A program made the position numbers and the translations under genes. From Terriglobia bacterium (GTDB lineage Bacteria; Acidobacteriota; Terriglobia; 20CM-2-55-15), in NCBI GenBank assembly GCA_965218585.1, contig CBDCLE010000005.1, forward strand, positions 64,001 through 128,000: a stretch of 64,000 nt of DNA, read 5' to 3'. This document shows, in pieces, positions 19,245 to 29,859 of this stretch. Below the pieces are notes generated by a model. That model made no database searches, was not told where the DNA came from, and saw only the letters and a list, made by a program, of their open reading frames with translations. Position 1 is the first letter of the stretch. Each line of letters starts with the position of its first letter.

Positions 19245-19976
19245 TTACAGGATGTGTTTGCCACCGTCCACGTGGAGGACTTCGCCGGTGATGTAGTCGT
19301 TTTCGATCAGGAAGACGACGGCACGGGCGACGTCTTCGGGACTTCCCTGGCGTTTCAGCAAGGTCCGCTCGATCGCCACCTGTTTCTGCGCCTCGGTGTA
19401 ATGATCGGGAAAATGGACAGGTCCCGGAGCTACGGCATTGACCTGAACATCGGGAGCGAGCGTTTTCGCCAGACCCTGGGTAACGGCCAGCAGGGCCGCC
19501 TTGGAAACACTGTAGGGGAAATGACCCGTCCAGACCTTTTCACCCGCCGAATCCGCGATGTTCAGGATCTTTCCCTTCCCCGATTCGCGCATCAAAATAG
19601 CACATGATCTGGCGAGGAAGAATGGTGCGCGGGCATTCGCGTCCATCTGTTTGTCCCACATTTCCGGCGTGCTTTCTTCGAGAGTGCCCGGTGCGAATTC
19701 TGAAGCGCTATTGATCAATACGTCAACGGTTTTGAAACGCGATCGGATCGCTTCGATCAGTCGATCCCTGCCTGAATCATCGGTCAGATCAGCCTGAAAC
19801 ATCTCGCCTTCAGTCCCGAGGTCCCGGACCATCTTGAGCGTTTCAGCAGCCTCTTCTTCAGACGACCGATAATGGATAGCCAACCGCGCCCCACGACGCG
19901 CCAACTCGAGTGCAATCGTTCGCCCAATCCGCCGTGCAGAGCCGGTCACCAACACTATAGAGTTGGATATTTGCAT
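19245..19976 (-). CDS. SDR oxidoreductase, pteridine reductase/FolM-like
   Basis: TGSARRIG, YSVSKAAL, VNAVAPG, ITGEVLHVDGG. Confidence 0.9.
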   Translation of the reverse strand: MQISNSIVLVTGSARRIGRTIALELARRGARLAIHYRSSEEEAAETLKMVRDLGTEGEMFQADLTDDSGRDRLIEAIRSRFKTVDVLINSASEFAPGTLEESTPEMWDKQMDANARAPFFLARSCAILMRESGKGKILNIADSAGEKVWTGHFPYSVSKAALLAVTQGLAKTLAPDVQVNAVAPGPVHFPDHYTEAQKQVAIERTLLKRQGSPEDVARAVVFLIENDYITGEVLHVDGGKHIL

Positions 19977-20017
19977 GGTTTGAAAAGCGTAAGATTAAAA
20001 CATACACTACGCCTCAC

Positions 20018-21046
20018 ATGAAAGCTGTCGTGTTCCACAAGCACGGTGGGCCCGAAGTATTAGAGACCGGTGAAATTCAGGACCCCGAAGTGGCACGGAC
20101 GAAGTTCTGATCGAAGTCCGGGCGGCATCGGTCAACCATCTCGACATATTTGTCCGCCGCGGACTTCCCGGGTTGGAACTCCCGCTCCCGCACATTCCCG
20201 GTGCGGATGCTTCGGGAATCGTTCGGGAGACGGGCAGTGCTGTAACGGGGCTCGGGCCGGGTCAAAGGGTCACGATCAATCCTGGAATCAACTGCGGCCG
20301 GTGCGAATTCTGCTCCGCAAGGTTAGCAAGCCAGTGCCTCACCTACCAGATCATCGGAGAGCACACCCCGGGCACGTATGCTGAATTTGATCAAGGTGCC
20401 CCACCACAACGTCTCACCCATACCGGATACGATGAGTTTCGAGGATGCTGCTGCCGTCCCATTGGTCTTTCTGACCGCCTGGAGCATGCTGATCACGAAA
20501 GGCCAAATCCAACCGGGTGAGGACGTATTGATTCTCGGTGCGGGGGCCGGCGTGGGCACGGCAGCGGTGCAAATCGCCAGGATGACGGGTTGCCGTGTCT
20601 GGGCGGCCGCAGGTTCCAGGAAGAAACTGGACCGGCTGGCTGATCTGGGAGCGGAGATTCTGATCAACTACAAAGAAGAAGAGTTCGACCGCGTGATTCG
20701 GAAACAGACGAATAAACGAGGCGTTGATGTCGTCGTGGACTACATCGGAGCCGACACGTGGCTGAAAAGTCTCCGTTCCGTGCGCCGGGGCGGCCGCATA
20801 CTGACATGCGGCGCCACGACCGGGCCCAGCCCGCAAACGGATCTCCGGCATGTCTTCTTTCGACAGCTACAAGTACTCGGCTCCACCGCGGGCAGCCCAC
20901 GTGAATTCACCGACGTCATGCGTTGCATCTTCCGGGGACAGTTGCAGCCAGTGATCGATCGCGTTCTCCCCATGTCGGAAGCGGCCACAGCCCACAGGTT
21001 GATCGAAAACCGTGAAGTGTTTGGCAAACTCGTCCTCGCGATCTGA
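20018..21046 (+). pseudogene. Zn-dependent alcohol dehydrogenase/MDR family with two frameshifts (probably sequencing artefacts)
   Basis: MKAVVFHKHGGPEV in frame 2. Shift near 20092 to frame 1 (NHLD, CGRCEFC..C), then near 20385 back to frame 2 (GAGAGVG). Confidence 0.75.
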
Positions 21047-21121
21047 TATCAGGGATTGATTCCGCTGCCCGGCCCCTCGTCAGATTGCCACCATCACCCC
21101 GCCAAGCGTTAAGCTATACAC

Positions 21122-22008
21122 ATGTCTCTTGTACGCCCACTTCGAACGACCTGGGCGCTGATACGGGAAACCTTCACCCGCTGGATTCGAGATGGTGCCT
21201 TTGAGATGAGCGCGTCGATCGCGTTCTATGCAGCGTTCTCGATGGCGCCTGCATTGTTGATCCTTGTGGCTCTGGTCGGTCTTGTCTACAGCGGCGATAC
21301 AGCAGCCAGCATTCAAAATCAGATGTCTGAGTACGTCGGTGAAGATGCGGCAGCGTTGGTCGCACGGGCGGTGACCAGCCTGACTGATGGCGTTGGAAGA
21401 GGCCGGGTCCCAACCGTAATTGCAATTGCGACGATGTTGATCGGAGCCTCAGCAGTCTTCTCTCAGGTTCTGGCAGCAATGAACAAAGTTTGGCGCGTCC
21501 AGGCCCGGCCGGGCCGGGGGATCTCAGGCATATTGAGGGACCGTTTCTGGCCATTCATGATGGTTGTCATCGTCAGCGCTCTGCTGCTCCTGTCATTTCT
21601 TGTAAGCACCGGTACCAGTTTTACAGCGTTTACGTAAATCGGTTCCTTCCCGAGGTTTCCTTCATATGGCATTACGTTGATCTCGCCTCGTCGTTCGCCC
21701 TCGTCACCCTCCTGTTCGCATTGACCTACAAGTTTCTGCCTGACGCCAGAATCGCATGGAGCGACGTGTGGCTCGGAGCTACGGTCACAGCCGTTTTCTT
21801 CGTCACAGGCAAGTATGCGTTCACTCTGTTTCTGGGAACAGCGGTGATCGAATCCGTCTACGGCGCGGCAGGATCCCTTCTGGTCATTCTGATCTGGGTT
21901 TACTTTTCGACGTCGATTCTTCTATTGGGCGCCGAGTTCACGCACATTTATGCCGAACGGCACGGCCACAGCGTGGTTCCAAAAAAAAACGCGGTGCGGA
22001 TTGATTGA
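21122..22008 (+). pseudogene. YihY/BrkB membrane protein with one frameshift
   Basis: ASIAFYAAFS in the 5' ORF and YGAAGSL..L.WVY..LLGAEF in the 3' ORF. Shift falls at the T4 run 21619-21622. Confidence 0.75.
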
Positions 22009-22028
22009 AGCTGATAGCTGATGAATGG

Positions 22029-23087
22029 CTAATCGAACGGATTCGGCTGGCCGCCCGAGAACGGTGACGACGGATCGTCCTGGAACTCTGCGGGTTGACC
22101 GGTACCCTGTCCCGGCAAAGCTGCGGCTGAAGGTACAGTCCCGAAGCCGGGAATCGCGATGAACTCCCACTCACTGTAGGTCTCCCGCTGGTTGTAGGCT
22201 TTCAGAGAGCGTCCTTCGTTTTCGGGCGCAACGCCCACAACACCACCACCCCCAAAGGTCTGAGAGCCTCCCGTGGTTGGGCCACGCTGTCCGGTTCCAC
22301 CTCCCTGCCCCTGTCCCGGTCCTTGTCCAGGACCTGCTCCTCGTCCGGGAAAACCACCGCCAGCATTACCCCGGCCTTGTCTGCCGAATCCACCACCTCG
22401 ACCTCCGGCCGGCTGATTGAAACCTCCCGCATTCGGCGCAATCGCCTGGCCAAAGTTAGTCTGTCCCGCGCCCGCCTGGCCACCACGGCCACCTTGTTGA
22501 CCGAAACCGGCAGCGCCCCCGAAACCACCTGCGTTCGGCGTAGCTGCCTGGCCGAAGTTCGTCTGTCCACTTCCGGCTGCGCCAAACCCCTGTTGCTGCC
22601 CGAACCCGGAGGTTCCCTGGAAGTTGCCTCCTGCTCCCCGACCCCGGCCATTCCCCCCCTCGCCTTGCCCAGAGCCTGGGGCACCGAACATCTGCGGCGT
22701 CCCACCTTGAAAGAGGGCCGGATTAGCGCCCGCCTGCAACAACGTGGAACCGTTTATCGTGCCGTCAGGGTTAACGGTCAGCAGCCGGAAGCCTTCCCCG
22801 GTAATTGGATCTATGTAGGGACGCCGAAGATATCGAATTCCGTTTGTGTCGATCAGGGCGTCAATGCTGGGTGGGAAGATACCGAACTGTCGCTGGTATT
22901 TCTGAATCGCCCGCACGTACTCCTGTCCACGAAATATCAGCTCTTCTTCCAGTTCCCTCTGCGCCTGGACCTGATAGACGGGCAAGGAGGCTGCAAGAAC
23001 GATCGACAACGCGGTCATGAAGATAATCAATGCGGCGAGTGCGAACCCTTCATTTGAATCGGACCGTCTCATTGGGTGGAGCTTCAT
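22029..23087 (-). CDS. Minor pilin/pseudopilin with a long Gly/Gln/Phe-rich insertion
   Basis: Prepilin-like GF-AL..L N-terminus, EEELIFRG.EY..AI, RYLRR.Y.DP.TG, YSEWEF C-terminus. Confidence 0.8.
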   Translation of the reverse strand: MKLHPMRRSDSNEGFALAALIIFMTALSIVLAASLPVYQVQAQRELEEELIFRGQEYVRAIQKYQRQFGIFPPSIDALIDTNGIRYLRRPYIDPITGEGFRLLTVNPDGTINGSTLLQAGANPALFQGGTPQMFGAPGSGQGEGGNGRGRGAGGNFQGTSGFGQQQGFGAAGSGQTNFGQAATPNAGGFGGAAGFGQQGGRGGQAGAGQTNFGQAIAPNAGGFNQPAGGRGGGFGRQGRGNAGGGFPGRGAGPGQGPGQGQGGGTGQRGPTTGGSQTFGGGGVVGVAPENEGRSLKAYNQRETYSEWEFIAIPGFGTVPSAAALPGQGTGQPAEFQDDPSSPFSGGQPNPFD

Positions 23088-23659
23088 TGTGTGATTAGGG
23101 GCAACCGCTGACGGCGCCCGAACTCGAGATCTTCTATTTCGACAAACGCTTCCGTGACCACGTTGACCCGATACCGCCCCATGACAACATCGTCCTCGGA
23201 AACGGCGAACGATCTATCGTCGTCGAACAGGAGGGCCCGTATCCCGTCGGACGGATCGATCACCGCATATCCATTGTAACGGAACGGAATCGGAGGTGGA
23301 GGTGGAGGCGCCGGCGCAGTCACGCCCCCTGGAGGTTGCGGCGTATCGGCTGACCTGGGTGTCAACTCCTGCGGTTCATCTACTGCAGCAGGCGGTGGGA
23401 CCGGCTCGGGGCCATACTGGAATGGATTTCTACCGATTTCGTTATCGAGAAGAGACATCCGGGTCGACAAATCAGTGTCCATGTTTACCCCGGACAACGA
23501 GTCCCGTACTCCGGCCACGGCAGAGAGTCCGGCCTCACCCCCGTTCACAGGCAGCGCCTGGGGCACCTGATAGATCTGGCGGCCCACCCACACGGTAGCC
23601 ACTAGAACAGCCAGCAGGATGAACAATATCTTGAAACGCTGCCGGTCGTTAGGATCCAT
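23084..23659 (-). CDS. PilP-like/alignment protein (single TM, Pro-rich)
   Basis: RNPF motif, Pro-rich linker, beta-rich C-terminus, located after pilO. Confidence 0.65.
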   Translation of the reverse strand: MDPNDRQRFKILFILLAVLVATVWVGRQIYQVPQALPVNGGEAGLSAVAGVRDSLSGVNMDTDLSTRMSLLDNEIGRNPFQYGPEPVPPPAAVDEPQELTPRSADTPQPPGGVTAPAPPPPPPIPFRYNGYAVIDPSDGIRALLFDDDRSFAVSEDDVVMGRYRVNVVTEAFVEIEDLEFGRRQRLPLITQ

Positions 23660-24215
23660 AAGAAAAAAAAGTCGTCAAACTAAGCGAGAGCTCAAGGTCA
23701 CCCGGCCCCCCCGCTTCAGAGCGATTCAGGCCGATGGCGTCCAATATGAAAAGTGTATCGGCACCTTCCAGCTCCCGGATGAACTGGGTCACCGCCTGAT
23801 ACGAACCCTGAACGGGAATATTGATTCCCACCGAATAGACTCCAAACTCGGGAATCGGATCGAGGTCGTACTGCACCTGATTGCGACGAATATCCGCGAT
23901 CTCGGCGAGACGTTCCAGATCAGGGAGGATCGCAGCAAACCCTTCGCCGCGCGGAACAACCCGCGCAGCAAGGAATCGAAGGCGTTCGCGGCGGGAATCA
24001 TCTAACTGGCTTTCGAGTTCCACGAGCCGCTCCAGATCCAGCACCCGCTCGTCACTCTCCTCGTCGAGAGTTTCAATGGAAGATGCGAGACGAATCGAAT
24101 CGGATCGCACCGGTAAATACAGAATCAGAAAAGACAGGACCGAGACTGCAGCGAGAATCGCGACCACGCTGCCAAAAACATACTGCTGCCTTTGCCGTTT
24201 GTACATTCCGCTCAT
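23649..24215 (-). CDS. pilO: PilO/GspM-like protein
   Basis: N-terminal TM, coiled coil, GSY..V..FI..LE ferredoxin-like domain. Confidence 0.75.
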   Translation of the reverse strand: MSGMYKRQRQQYVFGSVVAILAAVSVLSFLILYLPVRSDSIRLASSIETLDEESDERVLDLERLVELESQLDDSRRERLRFLAARVVPRGEGFAAILPDLERLAEIADIRRNQVQYDLDPIPEFGVYSVGINIPVQGSYQAVTQFIRELEGADTLFILDAIGLNRSEAGGPGDLELSLSLTTFFSYGS

Positions 24216-24790
24216 GGTCCCACTCCGGCTTCGGGCATGTATGCGGCAGTCATGGTCAGTTGGATCTCTGTCCCACCGTCTATGCTGCGCGTTTCGCTAG
24301 ACACTGCAACGTCCTGGAAGCGGTCTGTGCCTTCCAAGTCACGGATGAACTGGCTCAGGGCATCGATGGTCTGACCAATCGCTTCCATACGGACCAGCAC
24401 TTCACCTGATTCTCCGATCTGAGGCTGAAGTGTTACCAGATAAACCGCACGCGGAATGACACCCTCTATGTCGGCGAGCAAGAGCGTCCAGGAAAAACGC
24501 TGTCGTTCTATTACGGTATTCAGAAATCGTACCTCTTCAATTCCAGCCAGCGCTTCCGGTCGCCCGAGCCTTGCTTCGATATCTGAGATCTGATCGCCCA
24601 GTGAAGCCCACTCGACCCGCGCCTCTTGTTCATCTTCTCCCAATACCTGAACGTCATCTATATAGCCGAGGAAGCTGACAAGCTGCCACACCGAAAACGC
24701 AGCCACCAGAATCAAAACGCCGCTGAGGAGAACGTTGGTCGTCCTGTAATGCGGAAACGGGCTATTCGAGAGGTTGAGGTGATATTTCAT
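24212..24790 (-). CDS. pilN: PilN-like protein
   Basis: LNL N-terminal motif, TM, SW..LL..IE..IP..V. Confidence 0.8.
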   Translation of the reverse strand: MKYHLNLSNSPFPHYRTTNVLLSGVLILVAAFSVWQLVSFLGYIDDVQVLGEDEQEARVEWASLGDQISDIEARLGRPEALAGIEEVRFLNTVIERQRFSWTLLLADIEGVIPRAVYLVTLQPQIGESGEVLVRMEAIGQTIDALSQFIRDLEGTDRFQDVAVSSETRSIDGGTEIQLTMTAAYMPEAGVGP

Positions 24791-25665
24791 GACGAGTGCT
24801 GAAGGGCTCCGAGTGCAGGTTTGTACACATCTCCCAACTCCGAGGAATGGAGTCGCCCCACTCGAACGCCAATCCTATCCGCCAGTTTTTCCTCTTCGGA
24901 TTCCCCAATTCCTTCTCCACACAGAACCACTTCTCCAAGCCCTGTACCTCCCAGCTTGTCCTGGTAGTACATCAGTGTTGGATACGCAGCCTCGTAGAGC
25001 GGGCCGGATGGAATCTTCCTGTAAAAGCGGAGGGCTCCGTCCATCAGGACCGAAGTCGTCACAGAAGTCGTACTCTTCTTGACGAACAGGACATCATTCG
25101 CTCCACCTTGCAACAGGTTGAGCGCTGAAGTCGTTGACGGGCTCATGACTCCGGCATGGAGCCCCATCGATTCGACCAGCTCCTGATACTGCTCGACGAT
25201 AACCTGACGTGACAGCGCGACCAGCAGGTCTACGCTCCCGTTCTCCCTGAGCGTCTGGTAAGCAACCTGAGCCGTTTCGACGTCGAAAGGAACATTCTTC
25301 TTGAGCTTCCATCGGATGATAGAGCGTCTCTCTGCATCCGCTGCAGGCAACGAATCGATGTTGAGCAGCGCAATCCGCATCGCCTCGTCTGGGATCACGA
25401 GAGACAAATCGGAACCCATAAATCCGGCACCGTCGAGCGCTTCCTGAACCCCGCTTCGAACCGCAGACGGGTCCGCAATATTCGTTTCCCTGAGGTCTCC
25501 CACGAGCGCCCCCTCAGGAAGTGGCCGAACGTCTCGCGAAACGACCGTCTGCCGATCCGGCAAAGCTTCGATGACAGCAACATGGTCCGTTGTCAGTTCG
25601 AGGGCCCACAAAGGAACGTCGGGAGCGAATAAACTGCGAACGCCTGAAAAGATCCCGTTAGTCAA
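24787..25665 (-). CDS. pilM: PilM-like protein
   Basis: Actin-like fold features, WKLKK.VPF, V.LCG, operon position. Confidence 0.75.
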   Translation of the reverse strand: MTNGIFSGVRSLFAPDVPLWALELTTDHVAVIEALPDRQTVVSRDVRPLPEGALVGDLRETNIADPSAVRSGVQEALDGAGFMGSDLSLVIPDEAMRIALLNIDSLPAADAERRSIIRWKLKKNVPFDVETAQVAYQTLRENGSVDLLVALSRQVIVEQYQELVESMGLHAGVMSPSTTSALNLLQGGANDVLFVKKSTTSVTTSVLMDGALRFYRKIPSGPLYEAAYPTLMYYQDKLGGTGLGEVVLCGEGIGESEEEKLADRIGVRVGRLHSSELGDVYKPALGALQHSS

Positions 25666-27286
25666 TGAACGTCACCTTGTTGATTTCCCTCAGAGTCGTC
25701 ACCCCCTCCAGCACCTTCGACACGGCGGTTTCCCTCAGGAAGATCATTCCCTGATCGTGCGCCGCACGCTTGATCTCCGACGTGGGTTTCCTGTCGACAA
25801 TCATTTCGCGAATCTTGTCGGACACATCCAATAATTCGTAAATCGCCGTACGCCCCCTGAATCCAGTGCCGTTGCACTCCAGGCAACCATCACCCTCATA
25901 AAAATCCGTTTTCGAATACTGTTCGGGAGGGAGGTTCGACGCCAGCAAGGTCTCAGCCGAATAGCGGACCGCCTTCTTACAACTCGCGCAGATCACGCGA
26001 ACCAGACGTTGGGCCAGAATGCAGTTGAGCGCGGATACAAAGTTGTACGGATCCACTCCCATGTTCAGAAACCGGCCCAGAACGTCGACGACGTTGTTGG
26101 CGTGTACAGTCGTAAATACGAGGTGTCCGGTCAGTGCCGACTGGATCGCAATCTGGGAAGTCTCCATGTCACGGATCTCTCCGACCATCACCTTGTCGGG
26201 ATCGTGTCGCAGGATGGAACGGAGTCCACGCGCAAACGTGAGGCCTTTCTTTTCGTTTACAGGAATCTGGGTAATTCCCTCGATCTGATACTCGACCGGA
26301 TCCTCGATCGTAATGATCTTGTCCTCATCGTTGCGTATCTCCATCAGAGCGGCATAAAGCGTCGTTGTCTTACCGCTGCCAGTGGGGCCGGTGACGAGAA
26401 CCATGCCGTAGGGTTCGTGGATGTAGCGCCGAAACTGGCGCATCTCATCTTCAGCAAACCCCACGACTTCCAGACTCAACGTTCGGAACTCTTCGTTAAT
26501 CGACTGCTTGTCGAGGATTCGGATCACAGCGTCCTCACCGTGAATCGACGGCATGATCGAAACGCGAAAATCGATAGAACGCCCCTTGTAACGCGTCTTG
26601 AACCTGCCATCCTGAGGGACACGCTTTTCAGAAATGTCCAGTTCGGCCATCACCTTGATGCGCGAGATGATCGTCGAGTGATGTTCCTTGGCAATCGGGT
26701 CCATGGCGAACCCCAGAGTGCCGTCGATGCGATACTTGACCACCACTTCCGAGGCACGAGTTTCTATGTGAATGTCGCTCGCCCGGCGACCGAGAGCCGT
26801 AAAGATGACCGTATCGACCAGGCGGATGATCGGGCTGGACTCGTCCTGGGTGATCTTTTCGATCGTGATCGTCTCTTCTCCAAGGTCGTCGTCGCGGATG
26901 AGATCCAGCTTGAAACCTTCGGTCGCTTCATCCAGCACCCGCTGAGTGGACTCTGATCTCTTGAGGAGCTCACTGATTTCGGATTGCGCGGCAACTTTGA
27001 TGATCAGCGGTTTGTTCAGAAGCGATGTCACCTCGTCCACCGCGACCAGGTCACTGGGATCCGCTATGGCAATGACGAGGGAGGATCCCTCCATCGAAAG
27101 AGGAACAAAGTTGTACCGGAACATCAGATCCACAGGTGTCGAACGCAGAAGTTCCAGATCCAGGTGTGCGTCTTCGAGGTCTATGAACTCGTATCGGTAC
27201 CGCTCGGCCAGGACGCGCGCGTGCTCCGGTCCATTGGCACCCCCGTTTGAGTCCTCGACAGAATCGATGTGTTGTTTCTCTTCCAT
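25658..27286 (-). CDS. pilB: GspE/PilB assembly ATPase (intact)
   Basis: RASDIHIE, PQDGR, GPTGSGKTTT, EDPVEY, MVGEIRD, TGHLV, CxxC/CxxC. Confidence 0.92.
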   Translation of the reverse strand: MEEKQHIDSVEDSNGGANGPEHARVLAERYRYEFIDLEDAHLDLELLRSTPVDLMFRYNFVPLSMEGSSLVIAIADPSDLVAVDEVTSLLNKPLIIKVAAQSEISELLKRSESTQRVLDEATEGFKLDLIRDDDLGEETITIEKITQDESSPIIRLVDTVIFTALGRRASDIHIETRASEVVVKYRIDGTLGFAMDPIAKEHHSTIISRIKVMAELDISEKRVPQDGRFKTRYKGRSIDFRVSIMPSIHGEDAVIRILDKQSINEEFRTLSLEVVGFAEDEMRQFRRYIHEPYGMVLVTGPTGSGKTTTLYAALMEIRNDEDKIITIEDPVEYQIEGITQIPVNEKKGLTFARGLRSILRHDPDKVMVGEIRDMETSQIAIQSALTGHLVFTTVHANNVVDVLGRFLNMGVDPYNFVSALNCILAQRLVRVICASCKKAVRYSAETLLASNLPPEQYSKTDFYEGDGCLECNGTGFRGRTAIYELLDVSDKIREMIVDRKPTSEIKRAAHDQGMIFLRETAVSKVLEGVTTLREINKVTFID

Positions 27287-27288
27287 GC

Positions 27289-28491
27289 CTAGACCGCAGT
27301 AGTGCCGATACTGAAAATGGGCAAATAGAGCGAAACCAGAATCGCTGCCACAAATCCGGCTACGAAGATCAGAATGACTGGCTCGACCCAACTGAGCAAT
27401 GCAGTCAGTCTCAGATCAAGATCCTCATCGTAGAAGTCGGCGACATGATTCAACATGTCCGGCAGAGCACCTGTCTGCTCGCCAACCTGAATCATTTCCA
27501 GAGCCAACTCCGGAAAACGTCCGGTCGCCTCCAGAGAATCGGCCAGGGACTTCCCTTCACGGACACGCGCCGTTCCCTCAGCAATCGCTCCTGCAACCAC
27601 TCGGTTTCCCGAAGACTCACGCGCCACCTCGAGTGCCGAAACCAGCGGGATCCCACCCGACAGGAGCGTGGAGAGTGTCCGGGCCAGCTGGGCGATCGCA
27701 AACATCGACCAGACGGTCCCGAGTACGGGCACACGCAGCTTGAAATCGTCGATCCAGATCCGCCCTCGAACCGAACCCGACCACACCCTGAAGATGATGA
27801 CCAGACCCACCAGCAGTGGAATCCCGAGAATCAGACTGCCCTGTATCGTTGTACCAAGGGCAATCAACACCTGGGTCGGCAACGGCAATCCCGCGCCCAA
27901 CCCCTCGTAGAGTTCGGCAAAACGTGGGATGACATAGCCGAGGATAACCCCAACCATCACTATAGAAAGGACAACCAGGAAGGCCGGATAGATCAATGAA
28001 TTGCGGAATTTCTTGGTCGCCGTAAAGATGATTTTTTCGTAACGGACATAGCGTTGAATGACTTCTTCGAGATTGCCGCTGCGTTCGCCCGCAAAAACGG
28101 AGGCCGTGTAGACTTTCGGGAAGACACCTTCCTCCTCGAGGGCTTCCGACAGTGCGGTACCGGAATGCACCCGATCCCGGACTTTTTCGATGTGGGACCG
28201 CAGGCTGGGGTTGGTAATCCGGTTTCGAAGCAGGTCCAGGGACCTGAGGATAGGCAAACCCGCCCGTATGAGCGCGACGAACTGCTGGTTGAAAGCGATG
28301 AAGTCCTGAGGCGTGAAACCCTTAGCTCTGCCCCGTCCCAGGGAAGGCAGCGACCAGATCCTGGGTTTTACAGAAAGTGGAAGGAATCCCTGCTCGCGAA
28401 TGCGGCCACGGATCTCCTCGGCTGTCTGCCCGACATAGACCTCCCGAACGACATCACCGTTGGGCTTGGCATACCTGCAGTCAAATTCCAT
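27289..28491 (-). CDS. pilC: GspF/PilC platform protein
   Basis: AG.PI..SL, GE.SG.L, YP, GEQTG.L..ML..ADFY, EP, YLPIF. Confidence 0.92.
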   Translation of the reverse strand: MEFDCRYAKPNGDVVREVYVGQTAEEIRGRIREQGFLPLSVKPRIWSLPSLGRGRAKGFTPQDFIAFNQQFVALIRAGLPILRSLDLLRNRITNPSLRSHIEKVRDRVHSGTALSEALEEEGVFPKVYTASVFAGERSGNLEEVIQRYVRYEKIIFTATKKFRNSLIYPAFLVVLSIVMVGVILGYVIPRFAELYEGLGAGLPLPTQVLIALGTTIQGSLILGIPLLVGLVIIFRVWSGSVRGRIWIDDFKLRVPVLGTVWSMFAIAQLARTLSTLLSGGIPLVSALEVARESSGNRVVAGAIAEGTARVREGKSLADSLEATGRFPELALEMIQVGEQTGALPDMLNHVADFYDEDLDLRLTALLSWVEPVILIFVAGFVAAILVSLYLPIFSIGTTAV

Positions 28492-28527
28492 ATTTACCTA
28501 CAGGCGACGACTGGCGGGGCGGGAAGA

Positions 28528-29217
28528 TTACTGCCCGATTCCTTCCACGACTTCGACTTCTGGAGGGGGCACAAAATCGAACAACGATCGATCCAGGCCG
28601 ATGTTGGTTTGGACCTGGTCAAAAACGAATTCCATAATCGAATCATCCACATACGTCAACCGCAGCCTTCGGATGTCAAACGTCTCCGGATCCACATCCA
28701 ACACCACCTCCCGAACGTCGGACTCTCGTCGCGGGTACATTCGGAGGACCTCGGTACCGGGCACCATCGGAGGGATTCCGGCCGGATTCAACCCAATACT
28801 CGTAAATTCGTTCTCGAGATCCGAACGGCCAAGAAGGAACATGATGGGCATCCGGTCGTCGAACGTGTCTCCGACACTCTCCCTGTTCACCTGCTGTGCG
28901 GCCGGATCGTAGAGGTACACCGTATCCCCATCTGCCACAAACAGATATTCCTCCGGCGTCCGGTACTCCCACCGCATCATTCGCGGTCGCCTCAGGTATA
29001 AATGACCCCTCTGTGGCTCCATTTGGTTCAAAGGATCTTCATAAATCTGCAAAAAATCTGCGGACATGTCGTCCATGTCCTCGAGTTTCTCTTCGACGCC
29101 GTCTAAGAGCGCAACCAGACCGATCGACTGTGCATGGCCCGGTGAGGGCAGTACAACGAATGCAAACACAAACATCAAAAAGATGAAACGGAACGCTCGC
29201 GCCGAGTGGAGTTTCAC
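28528..29217 (-). CDS. lolA: Lipoprotein carrier LolA
   Basis: Signal peptide, ADF.Q, RP..MRWEY..P, DG..V..YDP, F.F.PP.V. Confidence 0.88.
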   Translation of the reverse strand: MKLHSARAFRFIFLMFVFAFVVLPSPGHAQSIGLVALLDGVEEKLEDMDDMSADFLQIYEDPLNQMEPQRGHLYLRRPRMMRWEYRTPEEYLFVADGDTVYLYDPAAQQVNRESVGDTFDDRMPIMFLLGRSDLENEFTSIGLNPAGIPPMVPGTEVLRMYPRRESDVREVVLDVDPETFDIRRLRLTYVDDSIMEFVFDQVQTNIGLDRSLFDFVPPPEVEVVEGIGQ

Positions 29218-29289
29218 GGAAACAGTCTAACCCAAGGGTGTGGAGTCAGTGCTGGAACTGGAAAGAAATGGACGGTCTGGCGGAAAGTG

Positions 29290-29745
29290 TCAGGACCCGA
29301 CCGGGTCCCCCGCCGTGATGCCCGTGGGCAGGCTTTCGCCGGGAGCGGCGTCGCGATAACGAACAATGTTGTCGGAACCGGAGTAGTAATTGAACCGCCC
29401 TTGAGTACCTGAAACGATTGCGGACACCCTGTAGTCCCCTGTCCCGCCACCATAGACGCTGTAGGTGTACCCGGAAATCAAGGCGCCGTTGGACGAAAAA
29501 CGGCCATCGATCATTCCATCAGCGGACAGATTTTCAAAAGTGCCGAAAGAACCGTTCGAAGAAAGGTAGGTGGTCTGTGCGGCGTTGATCGCCCGAAGGC
29601 TGGAAACGGCACCCGCCTCGTTTGCCGACTGCCGGGACCTTAGCAAGCTTGGGACGGCTATTGTGGCAATGATCAGGATGATCGCCACAACGATCAGCAA
29701 TTCCAGCAGTGAAAAACCGCTTTCTCTGGATCTTCTCAGTCGCAT
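29290..29745 (-). CDS. Type IVa pilin, paralog 2 (ends in Ser)
   Basis: GFSLLELLIVVAII cleavage/methylation motif. Closely similar to the neighbouring pilin. Confidence 0.92.
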   Translation of the reverse strand: MRLRRSRESGFSLLELLIVVAIILIIATIAVPSLLRSRQSANEAGAVSSLRAINAAQTTYLSSNGSFGTFENLSADGMIDGRFSSNGALISGYTYSVYGGGTGDYRVSAIVSGTQGRFNYYSGSDNIVRYRDAAPGESLPTGITAGDPVGS

Positions 29746-29779
29746 ACTTCGAGTAAATTCCGCTTCAGGTTCAGGGCAC

Positions 29780-29801
29780 GGGGGGAGGACACACCTCCCC
29801 C
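29780..29801 (-). terminator. GC hairpin between the two pilin genes (partial terminator/mRNA stabiliser)
   Basis: gggggagg-acaca-cctccccc stem, with no U-tract. Confidence 0.45.
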
Positions 29802-29859
29802 GATTCCCTGTAACACTCATGTAAGTGATTTCTGGGAAGAGTCAACCCGAGCCGATCGA

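Noticed and set aside
20018-22008. Three frameshifts (two in the ADH, one in yihY) as programmed frameshifting or phase variation
   Set aside because: Each is fixable by one base in a short homopolymer (GG, TTT, TTTT), with no slippery heptamer or long SSR. Sequencing indels are more likely
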